Assembly: GCA_965231915.1 (NCBI GenBank)
Contig: OZ246892.1
Location: forward strand, 1,092,514-1,156,513
Length of the DNA stretch: 64,000 nt
From: Acidimicrobiales bacterium
GTDB taxonomy: Bacteria > Actinomycetota > Acidimicrobiia > Acidimicrobiales > Bin134
Direction: 5' to 3'
Part shown: piece after piece, positions 53,120 through 62,627 of the stretch
Layout of the letters: every line of letters begins with the position of its first letter
Position numbering within the stretch: position 1 is the stretch's first letter
Notes under the pieces: model-generated
What the model was told of the DNA's origin: nothing
The model's database searches: none
The model's input: the letters and a program-made list of their open reading frames with translations, nothing else
Position numbers and translations under genes: made by a program

Positions 53120-54265
53120 CTAGGGCGCTGCTGTGAATCGCTTGGGGCTGAGCCTCGGAGCGAGGGAGCCGACATCAGCTTGCTCGAAAATGGCGGATGA
53201 ACCGTTTCCGATCAGCCAAGCTGTCAATGCGGCAATGGCTGGAGATGTCTGGATGCCCGTGCCTCCTTGGCCTGCGCACCAGAAGAAGCCCTCGATGTCC
53301 CGGTCGAAGCCCACGACCGGGTCGCGGTCCGGCGAGAATGTGCGCAGCCCGGCCCAAGCGGATCGGATGGAGCGGATGTCGAGAATGGTCGCCTGGTTGA
53401 TCGCCTCGATGCCCGCGGCGACGTCGAGCTCTCGGGGCTTCGCGTCACAGGGCTCATCGGGGTGCTCGTCGGCAGGGGAGCCCAGGAGCTGGCCTGCCCC
53501 CTCGGGCTTGAAATAAAAGCTCTCGTTTGCGCCGATCACAAGCGGCCAGTGCTCGCTGGGATAGCGGCTCGTGAACGTGAAGATCGTCCGCCTGTAAGGG
53601 GTCAGGCACAGTGGGGCTGCTCCGGCCATCTCCGCTATCTCGTCGGCCCATGCCCCCGCGGCGTTCACCACGATGTCGGCTCGGATGGCGGGACCGTCGG
53701 TGTCCAGCTGCCAGCCGGAGCCCCGGCGGGCCATGCGCCGCACACCGCTGTGGCGCTTCACCGTTGCGCCGGCGCCGCGGGCGGCGCGCACGTACGCCTG
53801 GTGTAGTTCGGCTACGTCAATGTCGAACCCGCCGTGCTCGACGACTCCTGCGTGTACCCATGACGGGTCCAGGACCGGGCACAGGGCTCGGGAGCCGTCG
53901 ACGCCGATTGAATCGCAGTCCGCGCCGATCGCCTCGTTGGCCGCGGCGATCGCCCCAAGGCGCTGCTCGCCGCCCTCGGGCGCGACCCAAAGCACAGCCC
54001 GGGGAGCCAGGAGGCTGTGTTCGGCCCAGCCGTCGGCATCGCCCTCCAGAAACGGCAGGGAAGCCGCGCTCAACGCACGGTTGACCGGTCCGCTGTAGGA
54101 CGACAGGAACTGGGCGGCCGAACGGCCTGTGCTGTGCGCGGCCAGCGAGGCCTCGCGCTCGACCACCGCGACTTCATGGCCGTTCTTGGCCAGAGCCCAG
54201 GCTGTGGACGCCCCCGCTATGCCCCCGCCCACAATGGCAATTTCAAAGTGCTCGACTGTGGTCAT
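53120..54265 (-). CDS. FAD-dependent (DAO-family) oxidoreductase
   Basis: IAIVGGGIAGAS dinucleotide fold; C-terminal GQGGTGIQTSPA. Confidence 0.8.
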   Translation of the reverse strand: MTTVEHFEIAIVGGGIAGASTAWALAKNGHEVAVVEREASLAAHSTGRSAAQFLSSYSGPVNRALSAASLPFLEGDADGWAEHSLLAPRAVLWVAPEGGEQRLGAIAAANEAIGADCDSIGVDGSRALCPVLDPSWVHAGVVEHGGFDIDVAELHQAYVRAARGAGATVKRHSGVRRMARRGSGWQLDTDGPAIRADIVVNAAGAWADEIAEMAGAAPLCLTPYRRTIFTFTSRYPSEHWPLVIGANESFYFKPEGAGQLLGSPADEHPDEPCDAKPRELDVAAGIEAINQATILDIRSIRSAWAGLRTFSPDRDPVVGFDRDIEGFFWCAGQGGTGIQTSPAIAALTAWLIGNGSSAIFEQADVGSLAPRLSPKRFTAAP

Positions 54266-55850
54266 TGCTGTCGAGTTTGTGCATGCGGACAACAAGCTGG
54301 AGGGCGAGGCGCTGTTCAGGATCGAAGAGGTTCACCTCGAGTGTGCTGGCGACCCGGTCGATTCTGTTCATGACCGTGTTCCGGTGGACGCCTAGCAGGG
54401 CGGCCGCGTTCGTGGACGAAGACTGGCAATCCAGATACACCTCCAATGTGCGCAGGAGCGTGCCGTCGGCGTCTATGGCGCGGAGGGGCTCCAAGAAGGC
54501 GGCAGCCACCCGGCTGAAGTCGGCCGACCCGTACCAGCCCAGCATTATTCGCTGGATTCCGAGCTCGTCGATATGGCGGACGACCGCGCCGCGGGTCGCC
54601 GCGCCCGCGCCGGCGAGCGCCGCGGCCTGGCGGGATTCGGCGAGGCTCGAGCGAAGGCCGGGGAGCCCCTGCGCGGGGCGTCCCACTCCTGCGTGCGCGG
54701 CAATGGTCACCGGGCTGGCGATCAGCTCGTCGAGCGCGGAACGCAGTCGGCGCGCCATCTTCGGATAGCTCGTCACATCGGGCTCCTCAGGCAGGCAGAC
54801 CCAGCCCGACCAGCCGTCTGTCCTCTCGATCAGCGGTCCTTCCAGCCCGGCCGAGTACAGCAGTTCGGAGAAGGCGTCAGTGTTGACCAAGACCCAGGCG
54901 GCGTCCACCTGCCCTGACAGCTGCACATGGAAAGCGGTGACCCAGCCTGCGGCCGACCAGCCGAACGTGGCCATCTGCGCCAGGATCGTCTCATCCGGCA
55001 GCTCGCCGCCACCGACCACTTCGTTCAAAAGGGCGAGCCGGTGCCGGGCGTCGCGCTCGCCGGCCAGGCGATCGCGCACCAGATGGGCACCCACCGCCCA
55101 GGAGGCCACTCCCAAAAGGTCCAGTCCATAGCTTGAGATGGCCTCATCGCCGTTGGAGAGTAGGCACACGAGCCAGAACCTGGCCGGTTCGCCCGGCACG
55201 ACGCTCACGGGGCAAGCCATTCCTGGCTGGCCTGCTGCTCCCAGGTCGGGATGAATGAGAGTGGATTGGCTCAGCACGCTGGGATTCACGGCCATTTCCG
55301 GACCAGCTACCGCTGCCCCGCTGGCCTCCACCAAGGAGCATGGCCTTCCAAGAATCTGGCTGACGAGCGCTAGCGCTTCGTCCGCCGTGGCCACCCGGGA
55401 GAGTCCCCGCAGCAGTTTCTGCATCATGGTCGCCTGGCGCAGGGCGGGTTGGAAAAGGAGTTCCCTGGCCGCGGCAGCCATTGCAAGCAGATCAGGGGCT
55501 TGCGCTTCGACTAAAGCTGTTTGGAAGCGGTCTGCAAGCCGTCGAGTGGCCAGCCCCGCCGACGAGCCAGTGTTGACGACTACGAGCCCAGCCCCGTCGC
55601 CGTCGCGCACTGCTCTCAGGCCAATGTCAAGGGCGTAGGAATTGGGGGAGAGCGAGCTGCCGTCCATGATGACTAGCTGATGCTGCGCTACTGGGATCCT
55701 CTCGTCGCAGCGGTCGGTGACCGCGATGTCAGAAACGGCCCGGTTGAGTCCCTGCTCTCCTGCTACGACCTCGTAATTGCCGAGCACACCGGCTGCAAGC
55801 AGCTGTTTCAATGTCAAGGGAATGTATGGGGCCGACACCGCCTCGATCAT
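54243..55850 (-). CDS. PucR/CdaR-family transcriptional regulator
   Basis: C-terminal HTH NAAALLGVHRNTVMNRIDRV; N-terminal PucR-like sensor region. Confidence 0.8.
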   Translation of the reverse strand: MIEAVSAPYIPLTLKQLLAAGVLGNYEVVAGEQGLNRAVSDIAVTDRCDERIPVAQHQLVIMDGSSLSPNSYALDIGLRAVRDGDGAGLVVVNTGSSAGLATRRLADRFQTALVEAQAPDLLAMAAAARELLFQPALRQATMMQKLLRGLSRVATADEALALVSQILGRPCSLVEASGAAVAGPEMAVNPSVLSQSTLIHPDLGAAGQPGMACPVSVVPGEPARFWLVCLLSNGDEAISSYGLDLLGVASWAVGAHLVRDRLAGERDARHRLALLNEVVGGGELPDETILAQMATFGWSAAGWVTAFHVQLSGQVDAAWVLVNTDAFSELLYSAGLEGPLIERTDGWSGWVCLPEEPDVTSYPKMARRLRSALDELIASPVTIAAHAGVGRPAQGLPGLRSSLAESRQAAALAGAGAATRGAVVRHIDELGIQRIMLGWYGSADFSRVAAAFLEPLRAIDADGTLLRTLEVYLDCQSSSTNAAALLGVHRNTVMNRIDRVASTLEVNLFDPEQRLALQLVVRMHKLDSNDHSRAL

Positions 55851-55851
55851 C

Positions 55852-56859
55852 TCACTGATTCGACCTCGTCTGAGGCAGAACCCGTGCCAAGAAGTCGATC
55901 CAGTTCTGGCCAGCGACAAGGCGGGCAGACTCCTCGCCCAACCTGCTTGCCATCAATTCTGTAAAAGGCCTGAGGTCCGATGGGCCGCGCATTCCGTCGA
56001 TCATCGGTAGATTGTCGATGTCAACCAGGCCGTCGCCCAGAATCGGGTCAATGATGCGCAGCAGGTCGTCCATAAAATCGCATCCGAGGCCGACTGATTC
56101 TGGCCCGGCAATTCCGACTGCATACTGAATGTGGGTCGCGTAGTCGCTGAGATTGGGCTGATCGGCGGCCAGGAACGCGCCAAAGGAATTGATCCCAACC
56201 ACGCCCCCGGAGTCCCCGATGGCGCGTAGATGCGCATCCGTGAGGTTGCGCGGATGGGGATGCAGCGCCAAGCACGAGGAATGGGTCGCCACAAACGGGC
56301 GGGACGCAATCCGGCAGATGTGGTCGACGCCTGCCTGAGACAAATGGCTGACGTCGACAATCATACCCAGCCGCTCCATCTCGGCAACCGCCTCAACTCC
56401 CAGATCCGTCAATCCTGAGCCGGTGGCTGCTTCTCCCACACCGTCGGCCATCATCGTCCGCCGGTTCCAGGTCAATGACATGCACCTCACTCCAAGGCGC
56501 CACAGTGTGTCCAGCACTCCGAGGCTGTGGCCAATGGGCTCAGCGCCCTCTACGGCCAACAAGAGCGCGATCTTGTCCGCGGCCAGCGCGTCTTCCAAGT
56601 GCTGAGCGGTCTCAACGATGACCACGTCTCCGGAGTGGACATCAGCTATGTTCCTGGCCTCCTCCAGCATGAGCAGGGCTCTCCTTAGTGCGCCCTCTCC
56701 GAGGTGCTGGTCTTCGGTGAACACGGGCAAGAACTGCAAGGCGACACCCCCGGCGCGCAGCAGGGGAAGCCAGAAGTCTCCGAACGGGTCGCTCAAGCCC
56801 CGCTCTCGCTGGTACAGGACTGCGCAGAGCAGATCGTTGTGGGCATCGGCAACCCTCAT
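55852..56859 (-). CDS. membrane dipeptidase (peptidase M19)
   Basis: VADAHNDLL, VDVSHLS, ATHSSC, GCDFMDD metal-ligand motifs. Confidence 0.8.
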   Translation of the reverse strand: MRVADAHNDLLCAVLYQRERGLSDPFGDFWLPLLRAGGVALQFLPVFTEDQHLGEGALRRALLMLEEARNIADVHSGDVVIVETAQHLEDALAADKIALLLAVEGAEPIGHSLGVLDTLWRLGVRCMSLTWNRRTMMADGVGEAATGSGLTDLGVEAVAEMERLGMIVDVSHLSQAGVDHICRIASRPFVATHSSCLALHPHPRNLTDAHLRAIGDSGGVVGINSFGAFLAADQPNLSDYATHIQYAVGIAGPESVGLGCDFMDDLLRIIDPILGDGLVDIDNLPMIDGMRGPSDLRPFTELMASRLGEESARLVAGQNWIDFLARVLPQTRSNQ

Positions 56860-56918
56860 GTGCTCACTCACCGCCGCCGTCCTCGCGCTCTCGTCGTCGT
56901 TCCCTCTTGCAACAGCAC

Positions 56919-58487
56919 CTATTCGGCCAGCGGACCGACCGCCTTGACCATGACCCGGCAACCGCCTCCGGGCACATAAGTCATCGGGATCTCGGCCACG
57001 CTGGTGATCCTCACACTCGCCTCCTCAGCACCGGCCCGTACGGCCGCGTCCTTGGCCTCCTCTTGGGCGCTAACCAGACATGCCTCTCGGCTCGACGCGT
57101 CATAGCTGTATACCTTGTCAACAGAGCCAGCGGCTTCGGCGATGGCAGCTCCGAATGCGTTGGCAACTGAGTGATGAGGGGGCCACAGCACCTCGCTTAC
57201 CCCTGCGATCTGTTCCGGCACCAAATGGGCGCCGCCACCTACAGCCATCAGCGGAAGTGGGGTGCTCGACGCCTTCATCCTCTCGCAGAGCATTGCGATC
57301 CGGTCGTCAACCCAGTCGATGGCCGCGGAGACCGTATCTCGGTCAACTCCTTCAATCAGCGACAAGTCCCCGAATCCGCGCAATCGTCCTGCAGCCAGCG
57401 AAACGTCAGAGAGGGTTAGGGTGACGCCACCCATGCAAATTGAATCGGTGATGACGTCGTAGCCCACGGAATCTGGGCCCACTTTGATATTCCCGTTGGC
57501 GTCATGGCCATCGGCGTGAACGACTGTGCCACCCCCTAGACCCATGGAGATCAGATCCGGCATCCTGAAATTTGTGCGTACACCTCCCACCTCTACTGCG
57601 GCTGTGGAGACGCGGGGAAACCCGTCGACCAGGATTCCCACATCTGTCGAAGTGCCGCCGACATCGATAACGAGCGCATCGGCTAGCCCGGCTAAAGCGC
57701 ACGCGCCCCGCATAGAATTAGTGGGGCCTGAGCCCACGGTCAACACCGGGTACCGGTCGGCCTCTTCGACTGTCATCAGCGTCCCGTCGTTCTGGGTGAG
57801 GTAACTGTCAACGTCGAGCCCGGCCTCTGCCATGGTGCTGCGGAATCCGTCCACCACCCGTTTGGCCACTGTGAGAAGCGAGGCATTGAGGATTGTGGCG
57901 TTCTCCCGCTCAAGCAAGCCCAGCGATCCGACCGTGTGGCTTAACGAGACCGACATTTCCGGGCCGCATTCCTCAGCCAACAGCTCTGCAGCGCGCAGCT
58001 CATGGTTTGCTGCGGCGGGGCTGAACGCACAGGACACGGCAATCGTAGTCACGCTTCCGGCACATTCCGCCCCGAATCGCCGCACGGCGTCCTCGTCCAG
58101 CGGCGCGATCGGTGATCCGTCGTACTCGAACCCGCCTCCCGCGATCATGCTGGGGCCGATGACGATCCGGCGCAGATCCTCGGGCCACGCGGCGCTAGGC
58201 CGCACACCCAGCGACGACGGCGCCGCCAGCCGCAACACCCCTACCTTGTCGAGGTCTCGGCGGCGGATAATGGCATTGGCCGGATGCGTCGTGCCGAGCA
58301 TCGCCTTGCCCAACGACTCCGGGCTTTCTACCTGGCCCATGACTGCGTCCACGGCGGCCTTGATGCCGTCGATGGGGTCGAGAGTCGAGGCGGACTTGGC
58401 CTCGGCTATGACAGCTCCGCCAGGTCCGACCACCACCGCATCAGTGTTGGTGCCGCCCACGTCCACCCCGATTCTGAGGTTCTTCAT
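56919..58487 (-). CDS. hydantoinase/oxoprolinase-family (HyuA-like) protein
   Basis: IGVDVGGTNTDAVVV, IDVGGTSTDVG ASKHA-fold phosphate motifs. Confidence 0.8.
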   Translation of the reverse strand: MKNLRIGVDVGGTNTDAVVVGPGGAVIAEAKSASTLDPIDGIKAAVDAVMGQVESPESLGKAMLGTTHPANAIIRRRDLDKVGVLRLAAPSSLGVRPSAAWPEDLRRIVIGPSMIAGGGFEYDGSPIAPLDEDAVRRFGAECAGSVTTIAVSCAFSPAAANHELRAAELLAEECGPEMSVSLSHTVGSLGLLERENATILNASLLTVAKRVVDGFRSTMAEAGLDVDSYLTQNDGTLMTVEEADRYPVLTVGSGPTNSMRGACALAGLADALVIDVGGTSTDVGILVDGFPRVSTAAVEVGGVRTNFRMPDLISMGLGGGTVVHADGHDANGNIKVGPDSVGYDVITDSICMGGVTLTLSDVSLAAGRLRGFGDLSLIEGVDRDTVSAAIDWVDDRIAMLCERMKASSTPLPLMAVGGGAHLVPEQIAGVSEVLWPPHHSVANAFGAAIAEAAGSVDKVYSYDASSREACLVSAQEEAKDAAVRAGAEEASVRITSVAEIPMTYVPGGGCRVMVKAVGPLAE

Positions 58488-58554
58488 CGCTCTCCCTCCG
58501 CTGGTGAGGTAACTGTCCCGAGGAAACCAAGAATCGGTTTCGCACTACCGAAGC

Positions 58555-59712
58555 TCATCTGCGGTCCTTCCAACTGTCCACGTAGTCGATGTCGTAGCCG
58601 AAGGCGCGGGGGCCCACGAGGTCGAGCATTCCGTCGCGGTGCCACTCAGGAGCGCAAGGCATGGCCAGCACATCTAGGCGCTGGCCGAAGGCCAAGCCCT
58701 CGGTTGTGATCGGGTCAGCCGATTCGTGGTCGAGCAGACACAGCAGGTCTGGCACAGTCACTACCGCCTCGCCGTCCTCGAACGCGATCAGGTTCTCGTT
58801 TTGTATCTCCACTCGAAGCGTGCGGGAGGGTTCGTCGAGATGCTCGAGAACCACCGTGCCCCGGGCGAAGCCATCGGTGGTACGCCGGTCGATGTCGATC
58901 ACCTTTCCGCTGAACACCAGGGCGGCCTCTGTATAAGCCAGTAGGTCGTCCCAGGCTCCGGAAGACCCTCTTTGCACCTGGGCAAGGCGCCGGCCGACCT
59001 CGGTGCAATAGGTCATCGAACCATGAATGCCGCTACGGCGGACATCGGCAACTGTCATGGGATAGCAGCTGAGAGCGTTGGCCAATCCGAGCTGCACCAC
59101 AGCGGCGCGGGCCAATGACTCGGCGACCTGATTTGTGTTGGCCTCGAACACGCACATGTTTCCCTTCTCGTCAGCGATAGATAGCGGTGCAGCCTTCAGG
59201 CCGTGCAGCGTGAAAACCGTCATCTCGATCTGTGGGAATGCGCGACGCATCCCGTCTGCATCCACGATCGGCAGTCCCATCTCAACTGCGGTGGCAATCG
59301 GGACCAGAGTGTTGACGCCTCCCACCTCAATGGGCATCATTGCCACCGGCTCCAAGCCCAAGAAGGCGGAAAGTGCCCGGATGCCAGATCGGAACTCAGT
59401 GCCAGCGGGGATTTTCTCCAGAATCACCGTGGGCGCTCCGATGATAGCGGTGTTCATGATCAGGCCCTCATCGGGCAGCTCATCTATCGCCACGACCTTG
59501 GCTGGCCCGTAATCAGCAATGGCCTGCTTGACCAGAAGTTTCCCCACGTATGGGTCGCCGCCGCCGCCGGTGCCCAACAGCGTTGCCCCCATGGCCAGAT
59601 CATCAATGTCGTCGATCGTGAGTTCTCTCACTGCGTACCTTGTTTCCAGAGTCGTAAGGGGATTCGAGCGCAGGAGAGTATACGAATGCCCACTCCCAAG
59701 ATCGATATGCAC
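58555..59712 (-). CDS. DUF917-family protein
   Basis: GATLLGTGGGGDPY signature; usual partner of HyuA-like genes. Alternative GTG start at 59631. Confidence 0.7.
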   Translation of the reverse strand: MHIDLGSGHSYTLLRSNPLTTLETRYAVRELTIDDIDDLAMGATLLGTGGGGDPYVGKLLVKQAIADYGPAKVVAIDELPDEGLIMNTAIIGAPTVILEKIPAGTEFRSGIRALSAFLGLEPVAMMPIEVGGVNTLVPIATAVEMGLPIVDADGMRRAFPQIEMTVFTLHGLKAAPLSIADEKGNMCVFEANTNQVAESLARAAVVQLGLANALSCYPMTVADVRRSGIHGSMTYCTEVGRRLAQVQRGSSGAWDDLLAYTEAALVFSGKVIDIDRRTTDGFARGTVVLEHLDEPSRTLRVEIQNENLIAFEDGEAVVTVPDLLCLLDHESADPITTEGLAFGQRLDVLAMPCAPEWHRDGMLDLVGPRAFGYDIDYVDSWKDRR

Positions 59713-59865
59713 TTAGCTGCAAACAAAGCAGCGAAGTAAGCAGTGTGCCCTGGGAATTCAGACACCTGCGAGCACAGCGACGACGCGCTGCGACCGGTGA
59801 GGTGGGGTTAGGACCAGTGGCAAATGCTGCACCCGACAATTCAGAAACCGCCAGGATGCCGATTT

Positions 59866-61017
59866 CTACTGAAAGGCCAGGCCCAATTCGCGGGAGATGA
59901 CCAGCCGCTGGATCTCGCTTGTTCCCTCGCCGATCTCCAAAGCCTTGGCGTCCCGGTAGTACCGCGACACTGGTGTTTCGTCCATGAACCCGTATCCGCC
60001 GAAGATCTGGGTGGCCTCCCGGGCGGCGGACACAGCTGCCTCAGTGGCATAGAGCTTGGCGATGGCCGCCTGCTTCTTGAAGGGAAGCCCGGCGTCTTTT
60101 CGGGCCGCGGCAGCATAGGTCGCTTGCCGAGCAGTCTCTGCTGCCACCGCCAGATCGGCGCATTTGAATGCGATGGCTTGGTAACTGGCGATCGGCCTGC
60201 CGAAAGCCTGGCGTTGGTTCGCATACTCTGTGCATTCGTCCAAACAAGCTTGGATGAGTCCAACAGCGAGGGCGGCGATCGCGATGCGGCCGTCGTCGAG
60301 AGCGGCCAAGAACTGGTGGAATCCCCGCCCTGGCCTTCCCAGCAAGTTGGCCTCGGGCACCCGGCATTCTTGAAGCACCAATCCGTGGGTGTCTGAGGCA
60401 TGCCATCCCATCTTCCGATAGGCAGGCTCCACCACAAAGCCCGGCGTTCCAGCCGGGACGATGATCGATGAAACACCGTCCTCGGTCTGGGCCGTCACAG
60501 TCACCAGACTTGTTATGTCGGTTCCCGAGTTGGTGATGAACGCCTTCGTCCCGTTGATCACCCACTCCGACATCCCTCCACTGCGGTCTAGAACGGCTCG
60601 GGTCTCAGTTGCCCCGGCATCGGAGCCTCCGCCGGGCTCTGTAAGCCCGAATCCGGCCAGCGCCCTCCCCGCGACCAAGTCGGGAAGATACAACTGTCTC
60701 TGTTCTTCGGTTCCGAATTCGAAGATCGGCTTGGCCCCAACGGTCACTCCGGCTTCCAAGGTGATGCCCATCGACTGGTCGGCTCGGCCGATCTCTTCAA
60801 TGGCTATGCACAGCGTGGTGAAGTCGGCGCCCGCCCCTCCGTACTCCTCAGGAAATACCAAACCGAACAAGCCCAAGTCGCCCATTGCCAAGACCGTGCG
60901 AGAGGGAAAAACGCGGTCTCGATCCCACTTGGCCGCATGCGGGGCAATCTCAGCGGCCGCAAACTCGCGCACCACATTTCGAAACGCCTCCTGTTCCTCG
61001 CTGAAAAAAAGAGTCAT
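59866..61017 (-). CDS. acyl-CoA dehydrogenase
   Basis: GLTEPGGGSDAG, INGTKAFITNS, IGEGTSEIQRLVI. Confidence 0.9.
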   Translation of the reverse strand: MTLFFSEEQEAFRNVVREFAAAEIAPHAAKWDRDRVFPSRTVLAMGDLGLFGLVFPEEYGGAGADFTTLCIAIEEIGRADQSMGITLEAGVTVGAKPIFEFGTEEQRQLYLPDLVAGRALAGFGLTEPGGGSDAGATETRAVLDRSGGMSEWVINGTKAFITNSGTDITSLVTVTAQTEDGVSSIIVPAGTPGFVVEPAYRKMGWHASDTHGLVLQECRVPEANLLGRPGRGFHQFLAALDDGRIAIAALAVGLIQACLDECTEYANQRQAFGRPIASYQAIAFKCADLAVAAETARQATYAAAARKDAGLPFKKQAAIAKLYATEAAVSAAREATQIFGGYGFMDETPVSRYYRDAKALEIGEGTSEIQRLVISRELGLAFQ

Positions 61018-61134
61018 GCGTGATTTCTTCGGTAAGCCACTTCCAGCCCGAGTCTCCCAATGGAAATCCCCTGCGCCCCTGAAACTGGAAATTGCCGGCG
61101 ATGGTCATCGGGAACTCGTCGGTGAACCTAACTT

Positions 61135-61408
61135 GCAGGCTGGATTACTGAAATGGGCGACCTGGCCAAAGTTGCCCACTCTATTGTCCAATGCGCCCAG
61201 CCTGATGCAGTGGGGGGACCAATATCTTGGCTACATGAGTGGCAATGTCTCCGCGGGTGTGCCGGTAACCTGCTCGGCGAGCCACAGGTACTCCGCCAAG
61301 CTGATGTACCGGTTCAACGGGTCATGCAGGCTGTGGTGTTCCCTGGGGAGGTTCACAGCGGTCGTCCCCGAGGTGCTACGCCCCTATCTAGGCCGCGACG
61401 TGTTATGA
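61135..61408 (+). pseudogene. frameshifted C-terminal remnant of a second serS
   Basis: ..TEMGDLAKVAHS.. / ..VTCSASHRYSAKLMYR..NGS.. / AVVPEVLRPYLGRDVL* parallels ..STGDLGQSHHRS.. / ..VSSCSWYSDYQARRANLRYR..NGS.. / SVVIPEVLRPYMGRDVL* of the intact serS. Confidence 0.55.
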
Positions 61409-61418
61409 GCCTGCTCAG

Positions 61419-62570
61419 CTAGGCAAGTTCGCCCTGCCACAGGCGGTGCGCAAAGTCGGTGGCTGGCAAGATGTCGATTCCGTCGTCGGTGCGGCGCGGC
61501 CGGGGTTCGAGGCATACCACGAATCTTTGGACACCGGGTTGCTCTTCGGCCAGGGTGCGGAGGCCCTTGAGGTGCTTGCGGGTAACCGTTGAGGTGGCTT
61601 TCGCCTCAATGGCCAGCCGCATGTCTCCGATCACGAAGTCGACCTCAATGCCGCTGGGGAGACGCCAGTAGGTCAGTTGCTCATCGAGGCCGTGGTAGGA
61701 GACGAAGGCGGAGAGTTCATGGAAGACCCAGTTCTCGAACGCCTTGCCGTACCGATCCGAACCGCGTTCGAGTTCGCCCCGGCGGGCCAGACGATTCACA
61801 ACCCCAACATCTTCGAAATAGAGCTTTGGTGCCCCGGCGAGACGGCGCTTGGCCCGCCGCTGCCAGCGCGGTAGCCATCGTGCGAGCAGCGTGTCGGTAA
61901 GGATGCCGAAGTACGCCTTGACGGTGGGACCTGACACACCGCACTCCCGGGCGATGTTCGAGTAGTTGACGGGGTCGCCATCGCTTAGCGCAGCCGCGTC
62001 CAAGAAATCCGAGAAGGCAGGCAGGTTGCGTACGAGTCCCTCGGCGGCTACCTCGTCTCTCAAGTAGTCGGCGATGTAGGCGTCGAGCAGCTGCTGGGGT
62101 CGTGGCGACTCATATATTCTGGGTAAGTAGCCGTGGTTCAGGGCACGGTCGAGGTCGAAGGCATCTCCGGTCTCTCCGGCGGTCAGGCCTCGCATCTCAT
62201 AGCGGACGGCGCGACCGCCGAGCAGGTTTGCTGCGCCTCGCCGCACCTTCCTCGCGCTCGATCCGCAGAGCGCAAAGTGCAGTCCGCGGTTCTCCATCAA
62301 CCAGTGGACTTCGTCGAGCAGTGCAGGAACCTTTTGAACCTCGTCAATAACCACCTGCCGGGACAGATCAGGTCCTGATGCCTCGAGTTCCTCTCGCAGC
62401 AACTCAGGACGCACCACATAGCGACGAAACTCATCTGCCTTCAGCAGATCGACCCACACGCCATCGGGATAAAGCTGCTTTAGTAGGGTGCTCTTGCCCG
62501 CTTGCCGTGGCCCCCATAGAAAGAACGTCTCTGTCCCAGCCGTGGGCAGCGCCAACAGTCGTTCAAACAT
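61419..62570 (-). CDS. AAA ATPase with DUF4143-like C-terminus
   Basis: Walker A GPRQAGKST, Walker B VVIDEVQ; C-terminal EVDFVI nuclease-like tail typical of AAA_14/DUF4143 proteins. Confidence 0.7.
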   Translation of the reverse strand: MFERLLALPTAGTETFFLWGPRQAGKSTLLKQLYPDGVWVDLLKADEFRRYVVRPELLREELEASGPDLSRQVVIDEVQKVPALLDEVHWLMENRGLHFALCGSSARKVRRGAANLLGGRAVRYEMRGLTAGETGDAFDLDRALNHGYLPRIYESPRPQQLLDAYIADYLRDEVAAEGLVRNLPAFSDFLDAAALSDGDPVNYSNIARECGVSGPTVKAYFGILTDTLLARWLPRWQRRAKRRLAGAPKLYFEDVGVVNRLARRGELERGSDRYGKAFENWVFHELSAFVSYHGLDEQLTYWRLPSGIEVDFVIGDMRLAIEAKATSTVTRKHLKGLRTLAEEQPGVQRFVVCLEPRPRRTDDGIDILPATDFAHRLWQGELA

Positions 62571-62574
62571 CAAT

Positions 62575-62598
62575 TTTAGAATATCATGACATTCTAAA
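62575..62598. promoter_or_regulatory. AT-rich inverted repeat TTTAGAAT-N8-ATTCTAAA in a divergent promoter
   Basis: Perfect 8-bp arms, immediately upstream of the ATPase start and 30 nt upstream of the methyltransferase start. Confidence 0.4.
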
Positions 62599-62627
62599 GC
62601 ACTGCTTACATAAAGGGACGTCTAGTC

